Below are positions 36,675 through 45,744 of a DNA stretch of 64,000 bases, piece by piece. The stretch's first letter is position 1. The number at the start of each line of letters is the position of its first letter. Made by a program: the position numbers and the translations under genes. Below the pieces are notes generated by a model, which ran no database searches, was not told where the DNA came from, and saw nothing but the letters and a program-made list of their open reading frames with translations. Location: IMG/VR virus record IMGVR_UViG_3300010403_000705, positions 368,845 through 432,844 of that record; one strand, written 5' to 3'.

Positions 36675-36914
36675 ATGAAGTCAAGGTATATAAATAATTC
36701 TGCAATGAATAGTGCTGAATTTGGAAAATTCATGCAAAGTGAAGAAACTAAAGCCGCCATAGAAGAAGGATATAATATTATTAATATTAAAGGTTATACA
36801 AAAGGCAGTGGATCGGAAGTTTGTTATTGTGTTTCTATGAAAAAACCTTTTTTTAAATTTATTTGTGACGAGATAAATTCTACTATAAGACTATGGTTTA
36901 TGTTAGATAAATAA
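36675..36914 (+). CDS. Hypothetical protein
   Basis: 79 aa ORF. Confidence 0.55.
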   Translation: MKSRYINNSAMNSAEFGKFMQSEETKAAIEEGYNIINIKGYTKGSGSEVCYCVSMKKPFFKFICDEINSTIRLWFMLDK

Positions 36915-36920
36915 TTTTAT

Positions 36921-36995
36921 TCCTACCTAGCTCAATGGTAGAGCGTTCGGCTGTTAACCGAATGGTTCCAGGTTCGAGTCCTGGGGTAGGAGCCA
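36921..36995 (+). tRNA. tRNA-Asn(GTT)
   Basis: Canonical cloverleaf, G73, CCA. Confidence 0.95.
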
Positions 36996-37003
36996 ATAAA
37001 TAG

Positions 37004-37096
37004 CATGGAGGATACCAGCAGCGAGAGCAGCTTACCTTAAGTGGCAACTGGATAAAATCTTCCCAAAGTAGTTTGCTCAAACTACATAGATCCATG
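37004..37096 (+). ncRNA. Structured RNA between tRNAs
   Basis: CATGGA/TCCATG, CCAG/CTGG, GTAGTTT-GCTC-AAACTAC. Confidence 0.4.
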
Positions 37097-37125
37097 ATAT
37101 AACATGGTTATACTATTTATTCTAT

Positions 37126-37201
37126 GGTACGTTAGCTGGCTTGGTGCAGCGCCCGCCTGTTAAGCGGATGACGGAGGGTTCAATTCCCTCACGTATCGCC
37201 A
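37126..37201 (+). tRNA. tRNA-Asn(GTT), second type
   Basis: Loop CTGTTAA, G73, CCA. Confidence 0.88.
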
Positions 37202-37251
37202 TCATGATTTGTGAATAAAATATATTCATATAATGATATATAATTAGAAAT

Positions 37252-37326
37252 AGCTTCATCGTTCAATGGTTAGGACACTGGCTTGTCACGTCAGTAATGA
37301 GGGTTCGATTCCCTTTGGAGCTGCCA
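37252..37326 (+). tRNA. tRNA-Asp(GTC)
   Basis: Loop TTGTCAC, CCA. Confidence 0.92.
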
Positions 37327-37421
37327 ATAAACATAATTAGGTATGTAGTAATTTTATAATGTTTATTCCCAGAACTTATCACTAGTCAAGGCAAAGTATA
37401 GTAATAATAATTCATTACAAT

Positions 37422-37739
37422 ATGAATATTTCTCAATTATGCAAATTAGCAGACAAGTTTGAAGAAAAAATTAAATTAGCTACTGCTAGTAATAGTTGCT
37501 CACGTTGTAATGATATTCATTGTTGTATGAATTTTGGTAATTCTCATAGTCTAGATCAAGATAATAATGAGGCAAAATGTGAGGGTTACAAAAAATCTCC
37601 TGTAGGATCTCCGAGACAAAGATCTTTTTGTGCAAGACATTGTGCTATGAAAAAACAAAGAACTTCTATAGAAGTTGCAAATGATCCAGAATCTTGTATT
37701 AATAAAGGTTTAAGGCGTTGGAAATGCCGTTGTGGTTGA
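37422..37739 (+). CDS. DUF6321-like Cys-rich phage protein
   Basis: RQRSFCAR...DPESCINKGLRRWKC. Confidence 0.6.
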   Translation: MNISQLCKLADKFEEKIKLATASNSCSRCNDIHCCMNFGNSHSLDQDNNEAKCEGYKKSPVGSPRQRSFCARHCAMKKQRTSIEVANDPESCINKGLRRWKCRCG

Positions 37740-37769
37740 TATAAAACAACTACATAAATAGTGATATAT

Positions 37770-37845
37770 AGGTGTGTAGCAATTCGGCAATTGCACTTGC
37801 TTGTCAAGCAAGACCAAGCGGGATCGACACCCGTCATGCCTGCCA
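37770..37845 (+). tRNA. tRNA-Asp(GTC), second type
   Basis: Loop TTGTCAA, T-loop ATCGACA, CCA. Confidence 0.85.
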
Positions 37846-37848
37846 TAT

Positions 37849-37924
37849 AGTCCATTAGCTCAGGGGTTAGAGCGCCTGTCTTATAAACAGGAAGTCGTTG
37901 GTTCAATTCCAACATGGACTACCA
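37849..37924 (+). tRNA. tRNA-Ile(TAT)
   Basis: Loop CTTATAA, CCA. Confidence 0.9.
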
Positions 37925-38100
37925 TATTATACTAAAAACGCAAGATTGCGATACTATAAAATTGGAGTGTCAATCATGAAAAAAGTCATCAATAACTTGA
38001 TGTGTTCGCTATGCTATCTGCTACCATTACACAATACAAAATATTGTGTTTGTCCATGTCATTGGGATTAAATATTAGTACATAATAATATTTCATACAT

Positions 38101-38322
38101 ATGAAAAAAATGCAAGATTGTGATTTTGTCGTAGGTTTTAATAATAAAGGAATCTATGTTTTAAAAGATAGAAATTCATTTTCAGATGAAATTGCTATAA
38201 CATTTCAAGAATTTTTTCATAGATTATCTGATTATTCTTTATATTTAGAGCCAATAAAGATATTCGAGCCTCTAATACAATTTATGTATAAAAAAATTAT
38301 CTCGTTGAAATGTTTTTTATAA
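38101..38322 (+). CDS. Hypothetical protein with C-terminal F-x motif
   Basis: Ends KKIISLKCFL*. Confidence 0.6.
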   Translation: MKKMQDCDFVVGFNNKGIYVLKDRNSFSDEIAITFQEFFHRLSDYSLYLEPIKIFEPLIQFMYKKIISLKCFL

Positions 38323-38330
38323 AATAAAAT

Positions 38331-38579
38331 GCGATTGTGGTGAAAGAGGAAAACACACCATCAAAAATGTTAAAAGAAGATGGCATATTAAAAATGGCAT
38401 CATAGTATTTTTTAATATAAGCTTTATAAGGTGATGCCTAGGAAAGATATATTTATAAAATATGTAACGGGTTTGCGGAAGCACCGGACAGGGTTTTGAC
38501 AAGTTCTGTAGGGAAGCGCGTTTGCCTAATAGTTATAGTGTGATGTTATATACGGGTTCAAATCCCGTCAATCGCACCA
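38331..38579 (+). ncRNA. 249-nt tRNA-shell RNA with pseudoknotted insert
   Basis: GCGATTG/CAATCGC-ACCA, D arm, ACGGG-TTCAAAT-CCCGT; ~190-nt structured insert. Confidence 0.75.
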
Positions 38580-38715
38580 TTTTGCAAATTTAGGATATAT
38601 GATGCATTATAATATAATAAATGCTCATAATGAAATTGTGCATATTAAGAGATATAAAGTAAGAAGAAGTATGATAGAGAAATTGGTATAAGTAGAATAC
38701 AATAATTTAAGTTAT

Positions 38716-38792
38716 CGTCCTTTAGCTCATTTGGTTAGAGCGCCGTTCTGATAAGGCGGAGGTGCTGGGATCGTAGCCCAGGAGGACGACCA
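38716..38792 (+). tRNA. tRNA-Ile(GAT)
   Basis: Loop CTGATAA, T-loop ATCGTAG, CCA. Confidence 0.9.
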
Positions 38793-38805
38793 ATTAGAAA
38801 ATAAC

Positions 38806-38881
38806 GGCACTGTCGTATTTGTGGTCAAGACTCGGGTCTGAAAAGCCCAGAAAAGCGGATCGTTACCGCTCGGTGCCGCCA
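38806..38881 (+). tRNA. tRNA-Phe(GAA), divergent
   Basis: Loop CTGAAAA, T-loop ATCGTTA, G73, CCA. Confidence 0.8.
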
Positions 38882-38884
38882 TTA

Positions 38885-38961
38885 GGGTTTGTAACTCAAT
38901 TGGAAGCAGTAGCTGGCTCTTAACCAGTGTTGTGAGAGTTCGAGTCTCTCCAGACCCACCA
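38885..38961 (+). tRNA. tRNA-Lys(CTT)
   Basis: Loop CTCTTAA, CCA. Confidence 0.9.
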
Positions 38962-39026
38962 CAAAATAAATATATGTGAAAGATTACATTTTATTTGTAA
39001 TTTACAAATTCTTATAATCTATAAAT

Positions 39027-39134
39027 ATGAGTACATAACAATGTGCTCAATGTAAATTAGATAATGAATTATTAGAATTCAATTCCAAAGGTAATAGAAA
39101 GTTTGCTAGCAAATGTAAAATTTGTTTGGTATAA
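39027..39134 (+). pseudogene. Remnant of the zinc-finger N-terminus typical of phage HNH endonucleases
   Basis: MST*QCAQCK...EFNSKG...SKCKICLV*. Confidence 0.5.
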
Positions 39135-39200
39135 AATGGTCTTTCTAGTTTTTGTTGTTTCATATTTTTTATTTTAAATTAGTAAAAGATATAAAAAATT

Positions 39201-40112
39201 ATGTCAATAGATCAATCGTTTAATTATTTGACTTGGAAATATTCAGATAAACCTGATACATCATTAATTTGTTATTTAAAAATTGATTTATCTTTGAGAA
39301 AAGATAATTTATATGTAGGTTCGGGACTGGGTGGAGATCCTTCCCAATTTTTCTTCTTATTAACCAAAAAGATAAAAACAAAGTGGTCAAACGATTCTAA
39401 TATTCATGTATATTTAGATGAAAAAAATTCAGATGAATTAATTTTTGAATTACCAAAGTCTTCCGATGAAAGTATTAATACAGATCTTCTTTCCCCTAGA
39501 AAAGCTTTGAATAGTTTTTGGGATAATTATACAACAAAAATAGAAGTTACTTTTAAGCAACTTATTGATTCGTCTTTTCTTAAGAACCAAAATTCTGATT
39601 CTATAGATTTGTATTTTTTGATAAAAGCAGTGGAAATAGCAAAGGATATAGTTTTCTGTTTAAATCACGCTGAAAAATTTATGAGTGACATATCTAATTT
39701 TTTTGTCGTAGAATATAAAGATATAGAGAAACAGTACTTAATAGAAGTTGGCTTGCCACTTAATTATTTTGAAAAATTTGATGCATTAGAGCTACAAGAA
39801 AATAAAATAGGATATTCTTATGAACCAAATTATGTGCGAAGTGCATTGCAGAAACATCCGATTTGGGGTACTAAATTAAAAAATATAGGTAAAAGAGAAT
39901 CTAGCATTTTAGATCAATTACTAAGTGAACAAGTTATGCAAAAATTTGATCTTATTGGTTCTTTTCCTCCTTATGTTGTTGGGTATGTAATACGCTATGT
40001 TATTTCTTTAGAAAGAATTGTTAAATTTGATTTAGATAAAAAAATTACTTTGTTTTCTGAAATGACAAAAATGTTTCAAACTCTTGAATTAAATGATGAT
40101 GAAAAGACATAA
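39201..40112 (+). CDS. Hypothetical protein
   Basis: 303 aa ORF. Confidence 0.7.
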   Translation: MSIDQSFNYLTWKYSDKPDTSLICYLKIDLSLRKDNLYVGSGLGGDPSQFFFLLTKKIKTKWSNDSNIHVYLDEKNSDELIFELPKSSDESINTDLLSPRKALNSFWDNYTTKIEVTFKQLIDSSFLKNQNSDSIDLYFLIKAVEIAKDIVFCLNHAEKFMSDISNFFVVEYKDIEKQYLIEVGLPLNYFEKFDALELQENKIGYSYEPNYVRSALQKHPIWGTKLKNIGKRESSILDQLLSEQVMQKFDLIGSFPPYVVGYVIRYVISLERIVKFDLDKKITLFSEMTKMFQTLELNDDEKT

Positions 40113-40362
40113 ATTAAAAGATAATTTAGGGAAGAATAAAATTTTCTATATTCATATCTCTAATATTCGTACTCCACTACAAACTATTGAAAATTCATAC
40201 TTAATAGAAGGTCCAAAATCAAAAGAAGATTTTGAAGATTTTAGGTATGAAAATTGGGAGGAACAGATTACTAATTTAGATGAAAAAGATGCATTATTAG
40301 CTTTGACTAAACATGAAGCCGAAAAGCTACAAGCTAGATTAGCCAGGATGCTCTCAGAATGA
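40093..40362 (+). CDS. Hypothetical protein
   Basis: 89 aa ORF. Confidence 0.6.
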   Translation: MMMKRHKLKDNLGKNKIFYIHISNIRTPLQTIENSYLIEGPKSKEDFEDFRYENWEEQITNLDEKDALLALTKHEAEKLQARLARMLSE

Positions 40363-40598
40363 GAGTAGGATTAGAGATAGATATCTCAGGTAGACGTAAG
40401 TGTCGCTACCATAACTGTGATAAAAATCCTGAATATATTGCACAGAATGGAAGAATAAAAAAAGGAACTACCTGTGCCTGGATTTCTGTAGAAGATGCTA
40501 GCGGTTCTTCTTGTGGATATTATTGTAGAGGTTGCATAGATAAAGTTTATGCAGACTTAAAGAAAATACTAAATCCTAATTTATGGGTTTTTCATTAA
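40359..40598 (+). CDS. Zinc-binding (PARP-type finger-like) protein with C-terminal F-x motif
   Basis: SGRRKCRYHNC...IKKG...YCRGC; ends NPNLWVFH*. Confidence 0.6.
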   Translation: MRVGLEIDISGRRKCRYHNCDKNPEYIAQNGRIKKGTTCAWISVEDASGSSCGYYCRGCIDKVYADLKKILNPNLWVFH

Positions 40599-40672
40599 AT
40601 TCTTCTAAAAATAACATATGATTTGTATGTATTATATGTAATATTACATAGGAACAATCATATAGGTGGTCT

Positions 40673-41824
40673 ATGGCTTCTTTAGAAGATATACAAAGTG
40701 TAAAAGGTTTGTTAGGGAATATAGAAAATATTCTAAAACATTTATCAGGATTAGAATATGCCTCAGTGGATAACTTAAATTTGTATTTAACTAAAATAAA
40801 ATCTTTAGTAATTGATTATAATAATTTAAATAAATATACCTATCAAGGAAAATTTTCACCTGCTTTAAGGTTAAAATTAAAAAAATTAATAGCATGGAAA
40901 AATAATGTAGATTCATTACTTGAAAAAGAAGTCAGAATGAAGAAGAACAAAGATTTCATGCTTGATCGAGAAAATGTTGATAAATATGTTGATTACATAG
41001 AAAAATCTGAATATTTTATGGAAAGTTTTCCATCGATATTAAAAGATATAAAGAAGAATATTGATTCTTTATATAAAGGTTCATCTTATTTAAAGAATAA
41101 TTTAGATAAGTTTAAAATGCAAGAATCTGATATTGCAACTTCTGATTTATTGAAAGCTGAAGATGAAGAAGTAACTGCTATTGAACCAATAAAAACATTA
41201 AGTGCTGCAAAATCCTCTATTAACGAATTTGCGAGAGTTATAAAAAAAGTTAAAGGCATACTAAGTGAAATAAATTTAGCCATAAATGAATGTAATAATT
41301 ATTCTGTTGAAGACGTTTTATCAGCATTAAATAAGAAAAATTTGTTAGTAAAAAATCTGTTTCTTATTTTAAACAAGACAAATAGAATTCTTTCAACTAC
41401 AAATATTAGCGGTGATTTATCTTTACGTCAAAAATATAATCAACTTTTAGCTGAGTCTATTAAATATTTACCGCCCGGCTTAATAAATAAATTTACATTA
41501 GACACTTCTACAAAATCTAAGTCTAGAATTGAAAATATTACAGATAGTTCTATTGGAGTATTAAAAGATCAAATAGAAAAAGATAAAATAAAAACTGATA
41601 AAATTTCTCCTTGGGGAAAAGTTGATGTACCAAGTGGAAAAACTCCTTTTCCAGCTAATACTAATTATACAAATATACAAAAAACTCCTTTTCCAGCTAA
41701 TACAAATATACAAGTAAAAGCGCCAACTAGTCCTATACCTACTGGCAAATATCAAGAGTATATAAAATCTACTAAAATAGACCCAGAAGAAAAAAGTAGA
41801 TATGAACAGTTATGGCAACAATAA
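40673..41824 (+). CDS. Coiled-coil hypothetical protein
   Basis: 383 aa; internal repeat KTPFPANTN x2. Confidence 0.7.
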   Translation: MASLEDIQSVKGLLGNIENILKHLSGLEYASVDNLNLYLTKIKSLVIDYNNLNKYTYQGKFSPALRLKLKKLIAWKNNVDSLLEKEVRMKKNKDFMLDRENVDKYVDYIEKSEYFMESFPSILKDIKKNIDSLYKGSSYLKNNLDKFKMQESDIATSDLLKAEDEEVTAIEPIKTLSAAKSSINEFARVIKKVKGILSEINLAINECNNYSVEDVLSALNKKNLLVKNLFLILNKTNRILSTTNISGDLSLRQKYNQLLAESIKYLPPGLINKFTLDTSTKSKSRIENITDSSIGVLKDQIEKDKIKTDKISPWGKVDVPSGKTPFPANTNYTNIQKTPFPANTNIQVKAPTSPIPTGKYQEYIKSTKIDPEEKSRYEQLWQQ

Positions 41825-41858
41825 TAAAATAGTTTAATTGTAATAATTGAAGTAATAG

Positions 41859-41924
41859 ATATGTTTTTTTGTTATTTAAATTTATAGGAGCATCTTCTAT
41901 AGTTAAATAACAAAAAAAACATAT
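41859..41924. repeat. Long AT-rich inverted repeat (bidirectional terminator-like)
   Basis: ATATGTTTTTTTGTTATTTAA ... TTAAATAACAAAAAAAACATAT with inner TATAGGAG/CTTCTATA. Confidence 0.65.
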
Positions 41925-41951
41925 TATTTAATAATTTGGAGTAAAAACAAA

Positions 41952-42368
41952 GTGAGTGATGAAAAAATTTTGGATGATTTAGGTTTTATAGAAGGTGCAG
42001 GACCAGACAAGTGGGAAGAGGTCCTTCAAGAAAAATTAGGTTTAAAAATTGTTGATCTTCAAAAGTCAATATGCGATTGGGTTACAGATAACATAGAAAC
42101 TTTATCTCAAGATTTTATTAACATTTGTCCTTCAGGTGATTATGGAAAGTTAATAGAAGATTATAATTCTATATCTAAATTTCTCAAAGAAGAGACTACA
42201 AAACCAGAAGCGTGGAAAATAATGGGAGTAAGACAAAATAGCAATCCAAATATGATCCAATTTATATTTGATTGTGATGTGGTAGATGAAGGTGATACTT
42301 TTAAGGGTTTTGTTTTTGTAAGTAAAACTGGTAAAATTCGCCATGCTTTTGCTCAAAATCAATCATAA
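41952..42368 (+). CDS. Hypothetical protein
   Basis: 138 aa, GTG start with GGAG SD. Confidence 0.7.
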   Translation: MSDEKILDDLGFIEGAGPDKWEEVLQEKLGLKIVDLQKSICDWVTDNIETLSQDFINICPSGDYGKLIEDYNSISKFLKEETTKPEAWKIMGVRQNSNPNMIQFIFDCDVVDEGDTFKGFVFVSKTGKIRHAFAQNQS

Positions 42369-42376
42369 AAGATTTT

Positions 42377-42601
42377 ATGAAGAATATTTTATATTTAGTT
42401 ATTATTTGTGCTGTGGTATTAGGCTGTCATTCTACTAAAGAAAGTCAGAAAAGACCATTACTACATACACTTACATATTACAAAGATCCACGTACAAATT
42501 TGTGTTTTGCAGGAGCTCTTGTTTGGCATCCTGCGGGACTATTAACTAATGTACCGTGCACACCACAAGTAGAAGAATTAGTTAAATATTATGATGAATA
42601 A
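42377..42601 (+). CDS. Small lipoprotein
   Basis: VLGC lipobox; YYKDPRTNLCFA...NVPC. Confidence 0.7.
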   Translation: MKNILYLVIICAVVLGCHSTKESQKRPLLHTLTYYKDPRTNLCFAGALVWHPAGLLTNVPCTPQVEELVKYYDE

Positions 42602-42890
42602 ACATAAAACTAAAAAAAAGAAATTGGAATTCAACTCGGAAAAAGAATACATTAGTTATTACAATACTTTAAGTGTAACTTATAAATCAATTTATTTAAA
42701 TAAATGGAATATATTGTTTTCCGAAATTTTAAAAAATGATCCAGAAAATTCTTTATCTAAAAATATGTATGAATTTTGCCAAAAAGAGCAAGAAGTGTTG
42801 AGTAACGAAAAGCAAAAACAGATTCAAAAAATGGATGAGCAAATAAATATTATTCACCATTTACATCTAGATAAAAAGAAGAGAAAGTAA
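42591..42890 (+). CDS. Hypothetical protein
   Basis: 99 aa ORF. Confidence 0.5.
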   Translation: MMNKHKTKKKKLEFNSEKEYISYYNTLSVTYKSIYLNKWNILFSEILKNDPENSLSKNMYEFCQKEQEVLSNEKQKQIQKMDEQINIIHHLHLDKKKRK

Positions 42891-43030
42891 TAAATTAATT
42901 AATCATATAATAAGATCTGATAAAGGATGACGACCCATCAGAGATAGCATACTATGAATCGATCTGATAATATCATTGACTACACTATTAATTAAATTTT
43001 CACTATATTACGAAAATAAGTATTTAGGAA

Positions 43031-43297
43031 ATGAATCTAGATAAATTAGATATAGCTTTGTGTTTAGCTTTTCAATGTGGAGAAGGACCTTTTAATGTTG
43101 TAATATGTAAAATAAATGGTGATGTAGAAGAATCTTTTTTACTGAGAGAAGAAATTAAAGCATTGTCAATGTCTGAAGATATACAAACTATTAGCCTATG
43201 TAAGCGTATCTATCGGAGAAGATGGCGCCCTCGTTCTAATTCAGGTAGGAGAAAAACAGATAAAGAAACAGATTGGACGAAATGGCCAACAAAGTAA
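43031..43297 (+). CDS. Hypothetical protein
   Basis: 88 aa, Arg-rich C-terminus. Confidence 0.55.
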   Translation: MNLDKLDIALCLAFQCGEGPFNVVICKINGDVEESFLLREEIKALSMSEDIQTISLCKRIYRRRWRPRSNSGRRKTDKETDWTKWPTK

Positions 43298-43509
43298 TGT
43301 AAAAAATTCCAATTTGGATGTGTTATATAATATTGATGCGACATCCAATATTTATTGATCCTCATAATAGAGGGTATAAACTACATTGTCCCGCTGTAAT
43401 GGATAATGTATGGAATAATTTTAAAAAAATTTTTAATGTAAGTTCAATACAACTGTATAGATTATTATAAATCATTGTGGGTTAATAACATACTGATATA
43501 TGTTTCATT

Positions 43510-43875
43510 ATGAAACACCCAGTAATTATTGATCCTCATAATAATATACAGGATACATATAAAAAAGTTATTACGGCACCAGGTCTCCAAAAGCTAGCGT
43601 CACTTATGACGCAACCATTACGTCTTAAGTTTGATTATCGGAGCATTGGAAGTAAAACTTTTTTAGCAGATCAATTGCCTACACCATCACCGCAAATTTA
43701 TGTTGATAAATATCTACATAATGAAATAAGTATAGATCAACATAATAAAATACAACAACGTAGACATGGTTTTCAAATTAAAAAAGTTATGTTTCCAGTC
43801 TTTTCATTGAGTAATAATCCTACGATTAGCTTAAAGCAAATTAAACATCGTCGTTTCACTCTGATTGATAGATAA
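43510..43875 (+). CDS. Truncated major-capsid-protein-like paralog
   Basis: GLQKLASLMTQPLR..DY.SIGSKTFLADQLP...VMFPVF.LSNNP.I.LKQIK.RRF.LIDR resembles the N-terminal half of a jumbo-phage MCP (from memory). Confidence 0.55.
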   Translation: MKHPVIIDPHNNIQDTYKKVITAPGLQKLASLMTQPLRLKFDYRSIGSKTFLADQLPTPSPQIYVDKYLHNEISIDQHNKIQQRRHGFQIKKVMFPVFSLSNNPTISLKQIKHRRFTLIDR

Positions 43876-43945
43876 GCAATTGATGTTGCAGATAACATAT
43901 TTTTCTTTCTGTAAAAGAATGGCGATTGTGAAATGGTTTTAGTTG

Positions 43946-44101
43946 ATGAAAATTAAAAGATATCATTTGAAAAAATCTAAATCAGATAATTTGATTAGAT
44001 TAGCAAAATTCCTTAAACTACATATAGATGGAATGTCACATCGACAAATAGCCAAATTAATTTATTGGCGTATAACTAGAACAGAATATAATCGTCATTA
44101 A
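43946..44101 (+). CDS. Small basic protein (51 aa)
   Basis: MKIKRYHLKK...GMSHRQIAKLI. Confidence 0.5.
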   Translation: MKIKRYHLKKSKSDNLIRLAKFLKLHIDGMSHRQIAKLIYWRITRTEYNRH

Positions 44102-44131
44102 ACTGATTGTATTTCATTCCTTTTTAGAAAA

Positions 44132-44500
44132 ATGAATTATATATTATTGCCTGCCCCAAATAGATTAACAATTTTTGTAAAGGTATCAAACGATATTGAT
44201 AATGGGTGTTATCCATCACGTGTACACTTAGAATCAATAAGTAGAATAGTTAACAATAATAATTGGGACGTAAAGAATATTATAGATAATTATCCGAATT
44301 GTCATGTTACTACTTACCAACCCTACGAAGAAGGCAAAATGTATTATTACATAATTTATGGGGCTGAGGAACAACATATTTCTAATTGGAAGGCTGTTTT
44401 GGAAGAAGCTAGCAATTGTATTGATTTTGATTTCAAAATTTTTCATGCGGCATGTTATACAGTTCAAAGAATATCGGAAAACTTGAGAGTGTTTATTTAA
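44132..44500 (+). CDS. Hypothetical protein with C-terminal F-x motif
   Basis: Ends RISENLRVFI*. Confidence 0.6.
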   Translation: MNYILLPAPNRLTIFVKVSNDIDNGCYPSRVHLESISRIVNNNNWDVKNIIDNYPNCHVTTYQPYEEGKMYYYIIYGAEEQHISNWKAVLEEASNCIDFDFKIFHAACYTVQRISENLRVFI

Positions 44501-44569
44501 ACTTAATAATATCGATGTACTCAATAATCATTTTTAAAATAAACTTGTCTCCTAATGGAGAATTAATTT

Positions 44570-45466
44570 ATGTCCAAAAAGCGTCTTAGTCGTACAATTA
44601 TTGAAGGTGGAAGAGACAATTATAACAAATGGGAACGAAGAAATTCTCATAACCCAGTCCGTGCCTCTGAAAGGGATTTTTGTAAGCGCATCATTACAGA
44701 TGAAGAAAGAGCAGATGATGATATTTTTATCTTACAAAAATATACGGTTATAAAAGAATTTAATGACAAATTAGGACCTATGTATCGATGGTTACATAGT
44801 CAAATTGGAAGATCATGGAATGATGTACGTTCGGAGATATCAAAGAAATTTGATTCACGCACAACTGCTAGTCGACATATTTTAAATGATCATCTTCTTT
44901 CTTCTGTGGAAGAAGTTCCAGATTTAACCTATAATAGATTTTATCGCAATACTGGAGAATATACTACATCCAGATATAAGAATGATTTTTATGTGGATAT
45001 TAATGGTCTATTACAAGCTAAAACGTATTTACCATATAAAAATGATAAGATTCCCCAGTTTAATAGAAAAACAATCGTAGATTGGTTAAGTGGGAGAACA
45101 GTTGGAAAAGTAGGTGAGAAACTATTTTGGTTTGTTCCTACTACTAAAAATAAAAAAAGAGGGGGTGCAAATAAAGAATGGAAAATTGAATGGAACAGCA
45201 ATGGTTACCGTGGATATTATAATCATAATACTTTAAGTTTTCTTTATTTATATCAAAAGCCTATTTATAGTAAAAATAAAGAAAACTTAACAGAAATTAT
45301 AGGATATGACTCAGCATGGCAGGTTGCTTCTCCAAATCTACGTCAAGATCGTAAACTTAATAATAAAGAGATGATTTTTTGGCAATCTCTACCAGAATGG
45401 TATAGAAATAAGATTCTGGAAACATCGCCTATTTACAATGATAAATTAAGTCATAGAAATTATTAA
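44570..45466 (+). CDS. Conserved hypothetical protein
   Basis: 298 aa; DKLGPMYRWLHSQIGRSWNDVRSEI. Confidence 0.7.
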   Translation: MSKKRLSRTIIEGGRDNYNKWERRNSHNPVRASERDFCKRIITDEERADDDIFILQKYTVIKEFNDKLGPMYRWLHSQIGRSWNDVRSEISKKFDSRTTASRHILNDHLLSSVEEVPDLTYNRFYRNTGEYTTSRYKNDFYVDINGLLQAKTYLPYKNDKIPQFNRKTIVDWLSGRTVGKVGEKLFWFVPTTKNKKRGGANKEWKIEWNSNGYRGYYNHNTLSFLYLYQKPIYSKNKENLTEIIGYDSAWQVASPNLRQDRKLNNKEMIFWQSLPEWYRNKILETSPIYNDKLSHRNY

Positions 45467-45744
45467 AATAATTATTGGTTCTAAAGTTAGGATATCTACT
45501 CATGGTAATAATTGTGGTACAGTAATAGATATAATTGGAGATGAAATGGTTGCCCAAATGGAGGGTAAACCTGGACCCGTTTATGTCTTGCAATCAATGT
45601 ATTTTTAATTAATGAATAATATTTTCTTTTTCGCTGAATCCTATACTAAATGGCTAGATACTAATAATTAATCATAATTTCATGAGCGTAAGAAAATTTG
45701 AGACCATTAAGTTCAAAAAAAAATTGATTGGATGGAGATAGAAA

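Noticed and set aside
36898-38502. Minus-strand ORFs 36898..37095, 37586..37915 and 38317..38502
   Set aside because: Shadow ORFs antisense to tRNAs and ncRNAs
38331-38579. tmRNA or group I intron-containing tRNA
   Set aside because: No G3:U70, no evident tag peptide and no recognisable group I P7 core; kept as an unknown ncRNA pending Infernal
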